Virus record (IMG/VR): IMGVR_UViG_3300050142_000050
Span: 185,639-249,638 of that record
Length of the DNA: 64,000 bases
Direction: 5' to 3' (one strand)
DNA from: a virus
Taxonomy: Duplodnaviria > Caudoviricetes
This document shows positions 9,131 to 17,632 of this stretch, in pieces (the first letter of the stretch is position 1; each line of letters begins with the position of its first letter). Position numbers and translations under genes: made by a program. The notes below the pieces were generated by a model, which saw only the letters and a list, made by a program, of their open reading frames with translations, did not search any database and was not told where the DNA came from.

Positions 9131-9176
9131 ACTATAGTCTTACATGGGGTGGAGCATCCTCCACCCCATCATTGAC
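9130..9176 (+). repeat. intergenic element copy 1
   Basis: GACTATAGTCTTAC-hairpin-CATTGAC; homologous to 18823-18870. Confidence 0.8.
9144..9169 (+). terminator. hairpin within duplicated intergenic element
   Basis: ATGGGGTGGAG-CATC-CTCCACCCCAT. Confidence 0.65.
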
Positions 9177-9198
9177 CATAGAGGAAAGGTAAATACAA

Positions 9199-9441
9199 AT
9201 GGCTAAACACACTATCGGACTCCACAAGGGTGAAGAAATCATGCTCCGCATCACCGAGGATCGGTGGGCTGATCATTACAACGATGTCTTCATCACCAAG
9301 AAGAAGATGGGTAAATTCACCCACAACTTCGTGGTGAGCGAACGCTGTGCCGGCAACGAGATCGTCGAGTATGCATCATTTGGTCGTCACAACTTCGCTA
9401 AGGCCCTCGCACTGGCCGAACGGCTCGTATTGGGTAAGTAA
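9199..9441 (+). CDS. hypothetical protein
   Basis: 80-aa ORF, GAGGAAAGG upstream. Confidence 0.7.
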   Translation: MAKHTIGLHKGEEIMLRITEDRWADHYNDVFITKKKMGKFTHNFVVSERCAGNEIVEYASFGRHNFAKALALAERLVLGK

Positions 9442-9470
9442 TTCACAAACTCCAAATAAGGATACCACCA

Positions 9471-9851
9471 ATGCGCATCCGCAGTATCAACCGCGCTTGG
9501 AACTGGGTAGTTCTGGCACTCTTCATTGTGATTGGTGTTTTCACCATCGCAGAAGTACGCCATGTGCGCGAATACACTTTCACAGTGTCGGCTACCGACA
9601 ACAAATGCGATGTGGATGCAGGTGAACTCACCTGCTACTACGTCGTCTTCGGGACTGAAGGTGAAGTCTTCAAGAATGTCGACAGCGTTTGGTTCTGGAA
9701 GTGGGACAGTGCGTCTGTACAAGCCAAGATGCAGGTAGGTAAAACCTACACTGTTCGAGCTAGTGGATATCGCATCCCGTTCTTCTCCATGAAACCGAAC
9801 ATTATCGAGGTCGAACACCAGCTGCAACTGGGAGGTACTACCAGTGAGTAA
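9471..9851 (+). CDS. membrane-anchored small beta-domain phage protein
   Basis: Single N-terminal TM; VFKNVDSVWFWKWDS...GKTY...GYRIPFFSMKPNII pattern of a widespread phage membrane-anchored family. Confidence 0.7.
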   Translation: MRIRSINRAWNWVVLALFIVIGVFTIAEVRHVREYTFTVSATDNKCDVDAGELTCYYVVFGTEGEVFKNVDSVWFWKWDSASVQAKMQVGKTYTVRASGYRIPFFSMKPNIIEVEHQLQLGGTTSE

Positions 9852-11112
9852 CAAGAAGAACGCCGTCGTATCGGCTGCCGTAGAAGGTAGCAAGCGACAC
9901 CTCAAGCGATACGTATTCGGTACACTCGGACTGGGTGCAGCTGCTATCATCAGTGCGCAGCTTAAGCGTCGGGTTTCATCGACGGTGACATTTAACTCGG
10001 GATCTCATGAATTCTCTGACATCCTGAGGTTCGTGACGGACAAGGTCGTCGATCCGAGGTTCTCCACGGCCTTTCATTATAGTGAATTACGAGTCGGTCG
10101 CAATGGTAAACAATACCGTACTCGGGGTATCGACATCGGCGATGGTATCCACTATGGGATGTACCGTGGATCACCCTGTGCGATCAAGATCTCCTCGGTG
10201 ACGACCAATGTCGAGATTATCGTCACCATGGTCATGACTAGGATGGGATCGGATCAGTCATGGTGCGGTAAAATCTTCGACGATGCCATGGATTACCGTA
10301 GAGAACGAGAGGGTGAAACGGGATCCTTATTTGTCAGGATTAACAGCGGGTCTACATCCCGTTATGGCTCTTCGTCGTCGTGGTCTGAGAGGAAGAAGAT
10401 GCCTCGGAGATACTCGGACTCCATCTTCTTCGACACTGACTATGTGAAGCAGATCGTCGATCACATTGAGGAGTTCAGGAAGAAGCGTGAGTGGAATGTC
10501 TCAAGAGGACTTCCTCATCACACTGGTATCGTACTCTACGGTGCACCGGGGTGTGGTAAATCGAGCCTATTGGCCGTCGTGGCCGCCATGGTGAATCGCA
10601 ACCTTGCTATCATGGACCTCTCGACAGTGGTCGGTCCACGAGATTTGGCGAGTCAGATCTCGGACATCACCTCGTGGGACGAAGACATTCTTGTAGTCGA
10701 GGATATCGATGCACGAGGTAAGTCTCTGAAACGATCTGCTCATCACCATGTGGGTGATGATCCTGACAACAGTGCACTATTGGGCACTCTCCTCAATATC
10801 CTCGATGGGGTAGGATCGCCTACTGATATGGTGACCATCATCACCACAAATGATCTCAGTGCCCTGGATCCGGCGCTCATCCGCCCCGGGCGATTCGATC
10901 TCGTTATCGAAGTGAAACCGATCGGTCTTGAAAGTGTCATCAGGATGGCGCAATATTTCGAGATCGATACTGAGGGCTTCTACATCGAAGACTTCTCACC
11001 GATGCCGGGAGCTACCGTCCGTGGTATCCTCTTGGACACTGGGCTGGATGGTATCCGCGATTACCAGACCAAGCAAAAAGAACAATCCGATGAACCGCAT
11101 GACAGAGCGTAG
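9844..11112 (+). CDS. BCS1-like AAA+ ATPase with N-terminal membrane anchor
   Basis: Walker A GAPGCGKS, Walker B ILVVEDID, LLNILDG, TTN sensor, LDPALIRPGRFD arginine finger; hydrophobic segment VFGTLGLGAAAII. Confidence 0.88.
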   Translation: MSNKKNAVVSAAVEGSKRHLKRYVFGTLGLGAAAIISAQLKRRVSSTVTFNSGSHEFSDILRFVTDKVVDPRFSTAFHYSELRVGRNGKQYRTRGIDIGDGIHYGMYRGSPCAIKISSVTTNVEIIVTMVMTRMGSDQSWCGKIFDDAMDYRREREGETGSLFVRINSGSTSRYGSSSSWSERKKMPRRYSDSIFFDTDYVKQIVDHIEEFRKKREWNVSRGLPHHTGIVLYGAPGCGKSSLLAVVAAMVNRNLAIMDLSTVVGPRDLASQISDITSWDEDILVVEDIDARGKSLKRSAHHHVGDDPDNSALLGTLLNILDGVGSPTDMVTIITTNDLSALDPALIRPGRFDLVIEVKPIGLESVIRMAQYFEIDTEGFYIEDFSPMPGATVRGILLDTGLDGIRDYQTKQKEQSDEPHDRA

Positions 11113-11296
11113 TATCTACGCGTGTAAGAATGCCCCCGGCCAACGCTGGGGGCAGGCTATTTGCAATCAGTTCAAGTTCAAGGACAGTAAGAGTCTGTCG
11201 AGCTACCATGACAAACTTTTCAATGAACCCGACGACAATCGGGTCGAGAAGACTGTCAGGAAGATGATCTTGGATTTGAACATCCCCAAGAAATAA
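11090..11296 (+). CDS. hypothetical protein
   Basis: 3' part of track ORF 10928..11296; ATG at 11090 or 11099 overlapping the ATPase end. Confidence 0.55.
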   Translation: MNRMTERSIYACKNAPGQRWGQAICNQFKFKDSKSLSSYHDKLFNEPDDNRVEKTVRKMILDLNIPKK

Positions 11297-11318
11297 CCCA
11301 ATTAAGGAGTGCCCTAAC

Positions 11319-11549
11319 ATGACCACGATCGCAGCAAAAGCCGACGACTGTGTCGGCACTATCCTCAAGCTCGCAGGTCTTATCCCTGACGAATCTATGT
11401 CCCACCAGTATGTCGATATTCACGATGTGAGGGTCGGTGGTCGCCATATCCTGTCACCCACCGAAATCCCCGGAGGGTGGGACCATCGCACGAAGTTTGA
11501 ATTCTGGGTCAACGATCAACCGATCGGTATGATCATCATCGACCGCTGA
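11319..11549 (+). CDS. hypothetical protein
   Basis: AAGGAG RBS in the repeated initiation cassette. Confidence 0.7.
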   Translation: MTTIAAKADDCVGTILKLAGLIPDESMSHQYVDIHDVRVGGRHILSPTEIPGGWDHRTKFEFWVNDQPIGMIIIDR

Positions 11550-11571
11550 TATTTCACAAGGAGAAACACCC

Positions 11572-12027
11572 ATGTCCATCGAATTCAATAAAGCCTATCT
11601 CGGCTTCGCCATCAACCTCTACCAGAAAATGACTGCTGGTGAGTTCTTGAGTGCGTACGGAGGTACCTCGCAGGCCAGTATGCACCCGCCCGAGACGGAA
11701 GGTCTGGCGATCAATTTCCGCGGACACAATGGAACCATCGAATGGTTCCCTCACGGTACTTTTCCCGAGGATATGACCACTCTCACGTGGGGTAAGATCT
11801 TCCTTATGTGCGAACAGGGATGGGCCTTCGACATCGTACCCGAAGAACCTCTGACCTCATTCCGATTCACCTCGATTCGGATCGACAACTCGAATGTTTT
11901 CGAGTGCATTGGCCTCCTTCGTAATCGCATTGACCTCACCGAGGTGAATGTCACTTTCATCGACCCTGTGGAAAATCTGTTCGAGCCCTCGGCGGTATCG
12001 GCTGATGACAAGGAAAATCCTCAGTGA
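11572..12027 (+). CDS. hypothetical protein
   Basis: 151-aa ORF, AAGGAG RBS. Confidence 0.75.
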   Translation: MSIEFNKAYLGFAINLYQKMTAGEFLSAYGGTSQASMHPPETEGLAINFRGHNGTIEWFPHGTFPEDMTTLTWGKIFLMCEQGWAFDIVPEEPLTSFRFTSIRIDNSNVFECIGLLRNRIDLTEVNVTFIDPVENLFEPSAVSADDKENPQ

Positions 12028-12170
12028 TCACCGCACTCGAACTCAAGGAGTGGCTCAACACGCTACCCGACGATGCCGACATCTTCATCGACGATGGCGG
12101 TCTGACTCTCCAAGCCAAAACACCTCAGGGTACCCCCTCCTTAGATGTGGGTGGGTATCCCGAGATATAG
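12024..12170 (+). CDS. 48-aa hypothetical protein (not in track)
   Basis: GTGA start/stop overlap, AAGGA upstream; MITALELKEWLNTLPDDADIFIDDGG... Confidence 0.55.
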   Translation: MITALELKEWLNTLPDDADIFIDDGGLTLQAKTPQGTPSLDVGGYPEI

Positions 12171-12196
12171 TCCTCGCTCGAAATGGAGTGAATATC

Positions 12197-12343
12197 ATGA
12201 GTGATGACGATTCTGTCATCGAAAGTTGGTCTGGAGAACAACGAGCTGTGATCTATTCTGAGCAACAAGGGTGCGCTGGTATCATCTTCGGTATAGTCAT
12301 ACTGATCCTCACAGGTCTGGTATGGTACTTCACACACAAATAA
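12197..12343 (+). CDS. 48-aa C-terminally anchored membrane peptide
   Basis: GGAG RBS, ATG 12197; GIIFGIVILILTGLVWYF hydrophobic segment. Confidence 0.6.
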   Translation: MSDDDSVIESWSGEQRAVIYSEQQGCAGIIFGIVILILTGLVWYFTHK

Positions 12344-12353
12344 GAGGTGGTAT

Positions 12354-12722
12354 ATGACTGATTCGAATACCCCTATCCGCCTACTCTGGATCAAACTCGA
12401 TCGGAAGTGCCCGTCGCTTGTTTACGGCTCTTCTTACGAGATTCAGAAATTCTCGCACAATAACTCTCTGTCATCGACATTCACAATGAGTACCGTGGAT
12501 GCCCTCGGTACGGAGGTCGACTTTGAAATCGACTATTTGACATGGCTCAACCTGACAGGGGTGAAAGAGTTCTGCTTTGTCAACTGCCTCAAGGAGGATT
12601 CACCATTCTTCCTCATCGGTATCATGGAAGATCGCGAGGAAGGCGAGTGTTTACCGATCGAAGCCTGTGAGCCTATTGTGATGGTACAAACGGGCTCGGG
12701 TCGTATCGATCAGATTAACTGA
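12354..12722 (+). CDS. hypothetical protein
   Basis: 122-aa ORF, GAGGTGG RBS. Confidence 0.7.
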   Translation: MTDSNTPIRLLWIKLDRKCPSLVYGSSYEIQKFSHNNSLSSTFTMSTVDALGTEVDFEIDYLTWLNLTGVKEFCFVNCLKEDSPFFLIGIMEDREEGECLPIEACEPIVMVQTGSGRIDQIN

Positions 12723-12730
12723 TTTCCTAC

Positions 12731-12756
12731 GTGGTGTGGGGCATGCCCCACACCAC
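12731..12756 (+). terminator. perfect 26-bp palindrome
   Basis: GTGGTGTGGGGCATGCCCCACACCAC. Confidence 0.65.
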
Positions 12757-12790
12757 TATTGAACTTAGTTTATTGATTAGGAGAAACTGT

Positions 12791-13102
12791 ATGCAGATTT
12801 CCAAAGAGGACGATACCTCCGAACACGAAGTACTACTGAAGAAGTGGTCGTCTCGTAAAGTGTCGACCAATGTGTACAAGGTCGAGAAGGGTATGTGGGT
12901 ATCCTGCCCAACCGCCGGTGAAGGTCAGTTCGAGGTTATGGACATCACCGATGGTGTACTCCACCTAGATCTTCGTAACGGAATGGGACCCACTCCTTTT
13001 TTCATGTTCCAATGTAAGGTCGAAGTGGGCGAGATTCTACGATTTAAGTCGGGTACGACCAACGATCCCAACGATATCGATCTGCCTCCCAAACCGGCTT
13101 GA
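12791..13102 (+). CDS. hypothetical protein
   Basis: ATG 12791 after AGGAG; track ORF 12731..13102. Confidence 0.7.
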   Translation: MQISKEDDTSEHEVLLKKWSSRKVSTNVYKVEKGMWVSCPTAGEGQFEVMDITDGVLHLDLRNGMGPTPFFMFQCKVEVGEILRFKSGTTNDPNDIDLPPKPA

Positions 13103-13119
13103 AATAGGAGTGGTGAACC

Positions 13120-13299
13120 ATGACCGTGCATACCTTCAACGGTAGGGCTGAACTCGACAAGTGGTTGCAGAGTAAAGATAAGGAGCTCGATACCATTTGG
13201 CGCAGTGGTCTGACTACCACCCCCAAGTGGCAGGAGCGCTATCGGCAGATCAAAGAGTCGATCTCTAAGACTTTGGAACGCAATCAGCACCTACTGTAA
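13120..13299 (+). CDS. 59-aa hypothetical protein (not in track)
   Basis: AGGAG RBS; MTVHTFNGRAELDKWLQSKDKEL...NQHLL*. Confidence 0.6.
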   Translation: MTVHTFNGRAELDKWLQSKDKELDTIWRSGLTTTPKWQERYRQIKESISKTLERNQHLL

Positions 13300-13329
13300 G
13301 AACACCTACATCACAGAAGGACATCGACA

Positions 13330-13722
13330 ATGACTGAACCGGTGATTAATCACGGCGTTCTGGTGATTGACAAATTGACAAGAGATGCACTATCCGCGTT
13401 GGAGAAATACAGCCGTCCACCTCATCCCGACGGTCTACCCCTCTTCGGTAAGGACCTTTTGAGCAAGTGGGGGTTTTCTGACGGGGATGCCCCCGAGGAG
13501 ATCGAGTGCTACTCCGAGGTTTGGGATAAAGCGCTTGAAGCACTAGTGCGAGAGCGTCTTCTTCCCCTTCTACCCGGAGTGGAGATCAAACTATACTTCT
13601 CCCACCACAATCCAATCCGAGCCACTGCTGAAACTGCACATCTGATTAGTGAATCGGAAGATGTGTCCGTAGTCGTCCCATGGGACGATGTGGTGGCGAC
13701 AGTCAAGAGGTTCATGCCATGA
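13330..13722 (+). CDS. hypothetical protein
   Basis: 130-aa ORF, AAGGA RBS. Confidence 0.7.
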   Translation: MTEPVINHGVLVIDKLTRDALSALEKYSRPPHPDGLPLFGKDLLSKWGFSDGDAPEEIECYSEVWDKALEALVRERLLPLLPGVEIKLYFSHHNPIRATAETAHLISESEDVSVVVPWDDVVATVKRFMP

Positions 13723-14156
13723 AAGACAAATCTAACCTCATCGAGATGCTTCTTGCTCTCGAGAAAGAGCCTCATTCGGGGGTCCTCCTGTGTCAACCTG
13801 TGAAGGGTAACTGCGGACCTGAACCCTCAGAAGCTACCGCACTCATCCGGTTCATGAACACCGCAGGTGGATACCAGTGGTCAGTATCTGCGATTTACGT
13901 CATGGTAGGTTTCGTTACGACCAGCGTTACCGTATATGGTGATCTCGATACCGTATTCGAATGGGCCGATCGACATTACGATACCGGTGCTAAGATGGGC
14001 ATCATGACCTGGGTATTCTTCGGTTATGATGAACCTACCTTCCCTGTCAATCTCCTCCCCCACAAAGGGCCTTTGGAGCTCAAGATCGAAGAGATGAAGA
14101 AGGGCGAATCCCTCGACGAATTCTTGAACATCCGTCCTACCCCCACATTCAAATAA
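13719..14156 (+). CDS. hypothetical protein
   Basis: ATGA overlap with upstream stop; GAGG RBS. Confidence 0.7.
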   Translation: MKDKSNLIEMLLALEKEPHSGVLLCQPVKGNCGPEPSEATALIRFMNTAGGYQWSVSAIYVMVGFVTTSVTVYGDLDTVFEWADRHYDTGAKMGIMTWVFFGYDEPTFPVNLLPHKGPLELKIEEMKKGESLDEFLNIRPTPTFK

Positions 14157-14172
14157 GGAAAGTCCCCCCCCC

Positions 14173-14691
14173 ATGACTGTCTCTATCAAAACCTCTGGTG
14201 CTTTCCAGAACATCGAATTGGTCGATGGTGAGCTGCGCTATCGTCCGATGGAAAACATCGGTACCTTTCACATGTCGGCCACTCGTCGTGCCCGCGCATC
14301 GATTGCCGATCTTTTCGTGAATCGTCAGTTTGAATTGGCGGTACGCCCTGTCTCCTTCCGGGAATGGCAGAGTCCCAAGAACGTGGAGGCGATGATTATC
14401 ACCACCACTGAATTTGCTGACAAGATCCCCTCGGATGAAACGTGGTTGATCCGTCCTACCTGTCCCATGCATACCGACAATCCCGGTGTGGTCGCATGGA
14501 TGGTGGTCGACAATTCGACCAAGGATCTCATCGAACATCCCATCTTCCTCATCCGCAAGGATGTGGATAACATTCAGGGTCTGGTGGATCACCTCTTCGA
14601 GGATCAGATCCGCGCAGCTCGTGCCGAGCGCGAAGCCGATGAGGCTAACCGCAAGGCTCCCAACAAGAATCTCATGTTCGAGAAGGCTTGA
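14173..14691 (+). CDS. hypothetical protein
   Basis: 172-aa ORF, AAGGA RBS. Confidence 0.75.
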   Translation: MTVSIKTSGAFQNIELVDGELRYRPMENIGTFHMSATRRARASIADLFVNRQFELAVRPVSFREWQSPKNVEAMIITTTEFADKIPSDETWLIRPTCPMHTDNPGVVAWMVVDNSTKDLIEHPIFLIRKDVDNIQGLVDHLFEDQIRAARAEREADEANRKAPNKNLMFEKA

Positions 14692-14721
14692 TTCCCCATC
14701 GGACAAATGCTTTTGACAAAA

Positions 14722-14749
14722 TAGGTGGGAGGGATATCCCTCCCACCTA
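14722..14749 (+). terminator. perfect 28-bp palindrome
   Basis: TAGGTGGGAGGGATATCCCTCCCACCTA. Confidence 0.65.
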
Positions 14750-14769
14750 AATTCGAGGAGTGTCCTAAC

Positions 14770-15189
14770 ATGCTTTTCACAACACCCAAGATAGCGATCA
14801 GCTGTCATGAGTTCCTCAGTTATCCCGCTCTCGCAATGCTGACCTGTCAGTTGGCAAATACGTCTCAACTCGATATGAATATTGCTACCCATGGAGTCGG
14901 GGTCTGTGTCATAACAGTAGGCAAAGACTCACTGTTACCAGCAGGGCGTTCGTCAAAAATACTTAGGGTATTCGATGTCGAACACGATCAGCCTCCTCCG
15001 ACCTATAAGAGGTTACGTCGTTTCGTCGCTGAACAACAGACCCCAGGGGATGACTTCATCGAGAAGATGACCCGGAATGTGGGATCACTCGTGGCGATGG
15101 TCCCCAGTGATCTGGATTACCTCTATCTGGTAGTGCGGCGAGATAACGAGCTCTCCCCCTATCAGTTCTATGCCCTATTCGGATTCTAA
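14770..15189 (+). CDS. hypothetical protein
   Basis: ATG 14770 within the GAGGAGTGTCCTAACATG cassette; track start 14725 lies inside a palindrome. Confidence 0.65.
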   Translation: MLFTTPKIAISCHEFLSYPALAMLTCQLANTSQLDMNIATHGVGVCVITVGKDSLLPAGRSSKILRVFDVEHDQPPPTYKRLRRFVAEQQTPGDDFIEKMTRNVGSLVAMVPSDLDYLYLVVRRDNELSPYQFYALFGF

Positions 15190-15205
15190 GAGGAGTCCAG
15201 AGGGT

Positions 15206-15838
15206 ATGACTGAAGTTAAAGACAAGATCACATCGTTCTTGATGCCGGATCCTGATGGTAAAATCAGATGGGGTTGGGAACTCGATATGAGTGATCATTC
15301 CAGAGTTCGGATATACCGATACGATGCGGTCACTCAGTCGAGGAAGTCCGGTAGTCTACTCGCACCTCCCGATGTCGCCAGTGCTATCATCAAGATCCTC
15401 AATGAAAAGTCCCGAGGTGTCCTCAGGGATGATCAGAAGATCATAGAGCAGATCGAGTCCAGAATCAAAGAACTCGACCAGCAGTATATCGATGAGGCGA
15501 TGCGCAGGTCCTGTGAGAGCTGTCGGTACTTCGTGGCTAATCCTTACTACCACGATAGGCGATGTCCGGATGAAAAGCCATACTGCTCAAATTCCCTCGT
15601 AATGGGTCTTGAGGAGGTTACGCCGTCCACCGCACTCAAGACCCAGGACACCTCGCTATGTGGTCCTGAGAAGGCTCTGTGGGAGACTGCGCCTATCGGC
15701 ACCCGCATCCGTCTCATAGCGAGGAAGGTCGTGGTGTGGATCAGCCTCCTATTCAAGCTGAATGTGACGTTCAGGGATCCCATCTGTGGGAAACCTGTAG
15801 TCCCCCGCAAATATCGTGGTGGTGGGATGTTGATCTGA
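15206..15838 (+). CDS. hypothetical protein with Cys cluster (CESC...C...C...C)
   Basis: ATG 15206; track ORF 15170..15838; possible metal-binding Cys pattern. Confidence 0.7.
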   Translation: MTEVKDKITSFLMPDPDGKIRWGWELDMSDHSRVRIYRYDAVTQSRKSGSLLAPPDVASAIIKILNEKSRGVLRDDQKIIEQIESRIKELDQQYIDEAMRRSCESCRYFVANPYYHDRRCPDEKPYCSNSLVMGLEEVTPSTALKTQDTSLCGPEKALWETAPIGTRIRLIARKVVVWISLLFKLNVTFRDPICGKPVVPRKYRGGGMLI

Positions 15839-15868
15839 GCCATTGTTGTCCAATCAAGGAGAACGACC

Positions 15869-16024
15869 ATGTATATTCAACCCAAACTCGGTGATAAGTT
15901 CACTCACGAGAATAAGAGGCGACGTAAAGGTCGCCTCGTGCTCGAGGATCGCTCCCAGGAGTCGAGGTTCGCAAAGACCTCCATGATCGACGATTGCATC
16001 ATGAGGATGAAATGCAAACGGTGA
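15869..16024 (+). CDS. 51-aa basic hypothetical protein (not in track)
   Basis: AAGGAG RBS; MYIQPKLGDKFTHENKRRRKGRL... Confidence 0.55.
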   Translation: MYIQPKLGDKFTHENKRRRKGRLVLEDRSQESRFAKTSMIDDCIMRMKCKR

Positions 16025-16380
16025 TATCGACAGCGCGTACAGCTGTCCTCTCTCTTCTACCTACGCTCCAAGACGAACTCGACGATCTGGTGGAGAAATT
16101 ACGGGAGGATGGGGTGGACTTGAGTGTAGACTACAATGCCTCCAGGCATAGCGTCTATCTTGACTACATCACTCGTAATAACAAAGATCCGGGATCTGGT
16201 GCAGAGGCTCTCCATAGTCTCTGTACCTTCTGTGATTATTACGACATGGATATCCGTTTACAAGTCCTCGATGGCGAGCCCAAGCTCATGAGTCTCTACA
16301 GGAGGTTCGGCTTCTATGCTGACCCTGATGAGGATCACGAAGTATTCCGCCTGAGGCCTCGCATCTCTGAGCGCAATTGA
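16012..16380 (+). CDS. GNAT-like N-acetyltransferase
   Basis: KDPGSGAEAL (motif A-like GxG) and LMSLYRRFGF (typical GNAT C-terminal FYxxxGF motif). Confidence 0.6.
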   Translation: MQTVISTARTAVLSLLPTLQDELDDLVEKLREDGVDLSVDYNASRHSVYLDYITRNNKDPGSGAEALHSLCTFCDYYDMDIRLQVLDGEPKLMSLYRRFGFYADPDEDHEVFRLRPRISERN

Positions 16381-16393
16381 GGAATAACGAGTT

Positions 16394-16738
16394 ATGCACA
16401 ATCACCTATTCCTGTTCGGACTGCTCATATTTGCGGTACTGTGGGTAGTGCTCTATGACATGGGTACTGTCGCTAGACGTACCTTCACATTCACGATCTC
16501 CAATTGTGAACCCTACTCTGAGAATAATCTCAGAATGGTAGATAGTAGCAAACCCATCACCATCCGCGTTTACAAACGATCCGAGCTCTTCCCGGATGGG
16601 CGGATGAAACTCGTCGACTCTCAGATGTACAGTCGATCAGAGACAGCACTGCGCGCGATCTCAGATTTTGTAGAGTGTCTGAATCTGCCGGCATATATCG
16701 AGATCAAGTACCTCAAAGATCCCGAACTCGGATCCTAA
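16394..16738 (+). CDS. N-terminally anchored membrane protein
   Basis: LFLFGLLIFAVLWVVLY TM; GAGGA RBS. Confidence 0.7.
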   Translation: MHNHLFLFGLLIFAVLWVVLYDMGTVARRTFTFTISNCEPYSENNLRMVDSSKPITIRVYKRSELFPDGRMKLVDSQMYSRSETALRAISDFVECLNLPAYIEIKYLKDPELGS

Positions 16739-16758
16739 ATCACAAGGAGTGAAATATC

Positions 16759-17193
16759 ATGTCCGAACCTACCCATATCGGTGTCAAGAAGATCATCGCG
16801 ACACCGATGACGCTCGCTGAGTACACTTCCTACAGAGGTTGGAATCAGATCTCTGGCGATGAGCCCCAAGAGGGATATCTACTCGAATATCCCGACGGCG
16901 GTCCCTCCAATCATCCCAAGCATAAAAACTACATCAGTTGGTCTCCCAAGGATGTGTTCGATGCTTCCTACAAGCCCGTCGATGCGATGGATTTCCCACA
17001 GGCAGTCTTCGTGATGGAATGCGGCTATGTGGTGTCACGCAATATTCCGGATTTCAAAGACGTCGAACTTTGGATTATGGAAGACACCAAGAAGATCGTC
17101 TCGTCGACCGCGGGTGTGGTGACGAGCTCTGTCGCCATCCGCGGCGATGTGTTCTTCACCTCCGATTGGTATATCGTAAGAAAGAGGGACTGA
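16759..17193 (+). CDS. phage protein with C-terminal DUF2829/Tad2-like domain
   Basis: N-terminal GVKKIIATPM...GYLLEYPDG...YISWSPKDVFDASY domain commonly fused to DUF2829; C-terminal MDFPQA...G..VSR...SDWYIV. Confidence 0.55.
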   Translation: MSEPTHIGVKKIIATPMTLAEYTSYRGWNQISGDEPQEGYLLEYPDGGPSNHPKHKNYISWSPKDVFDASYKPVDAMDFPQAVFVMECGYVVSRNIPDFKDVELWIMEDTKKIVSSTAGVVTSSVAIRGDVFFTSDWYIVRKRD

Positions 17194-17194
17194 C

Positions 17195-17617
17195 ATGATG
17201 GGCGTCGTTATTGCATTAGGAGTGGTTGTCGCGATCCTGATCGTGCTCTTCGGCTCGAGTGGAGGATCACACCGGGTGTCGCATCATCGGCCTCCTCCCC
17301 CTCCAAAGAAAACCGATCCTCATATTACGAAAGAGGAGCCAGTGAAATCTCCTCCTCGCACTGGGGTCGGTGTCGTTACGAAGACGACTTCGAATTATGA
17401 CTATTCGAAACGTGATCGCTCTAAGCCGTCGGATGCGAGTCAAGCATATCACTTCCCAGATGGTCGCGTCATTACCGTGTCGAACGAACCGGGATCGTCC
17501 ACCCCGACCATCAGCGAGTACAATTCGTCGTCAGACTCATCGTCGACTTCTTGCGATACGAGCGATAGTTCGTCTAGCTCAGGGTCGTGCGACTCAGGAA
17601 GTTCTTCCTGGGATTAA
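17195..17617 (+). CDS. membrane-anchored Pro/Ser-rich low-complexity protein
   Basis: N-terminal TM, PPPPP, SSSDSSSTSCDTSDSSSSSGSCDSGSSSWD tail. Confidence 0.75.
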   Translation: MMGVVIALGVVVAILIVLFGSSGGSHRVSHHRPPPPPKKTDPHITKEEPVKSPPRTGVGVVTKTTSNYDYSKRDRSKPSDASQAYHFPDGRVITVSNEPGSSTPTISEYNSSSDSSSTSCDTSDSSSSSGSCDSGSSSWD

Positions 17618-17632
17618 CAAAAGGAATGTCCC

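Noticed and set aside
17321-17328. CATATTAC inside ORF 17195
   Set aside because: Coding context and lacks the downstream RTGA seen in the other copies
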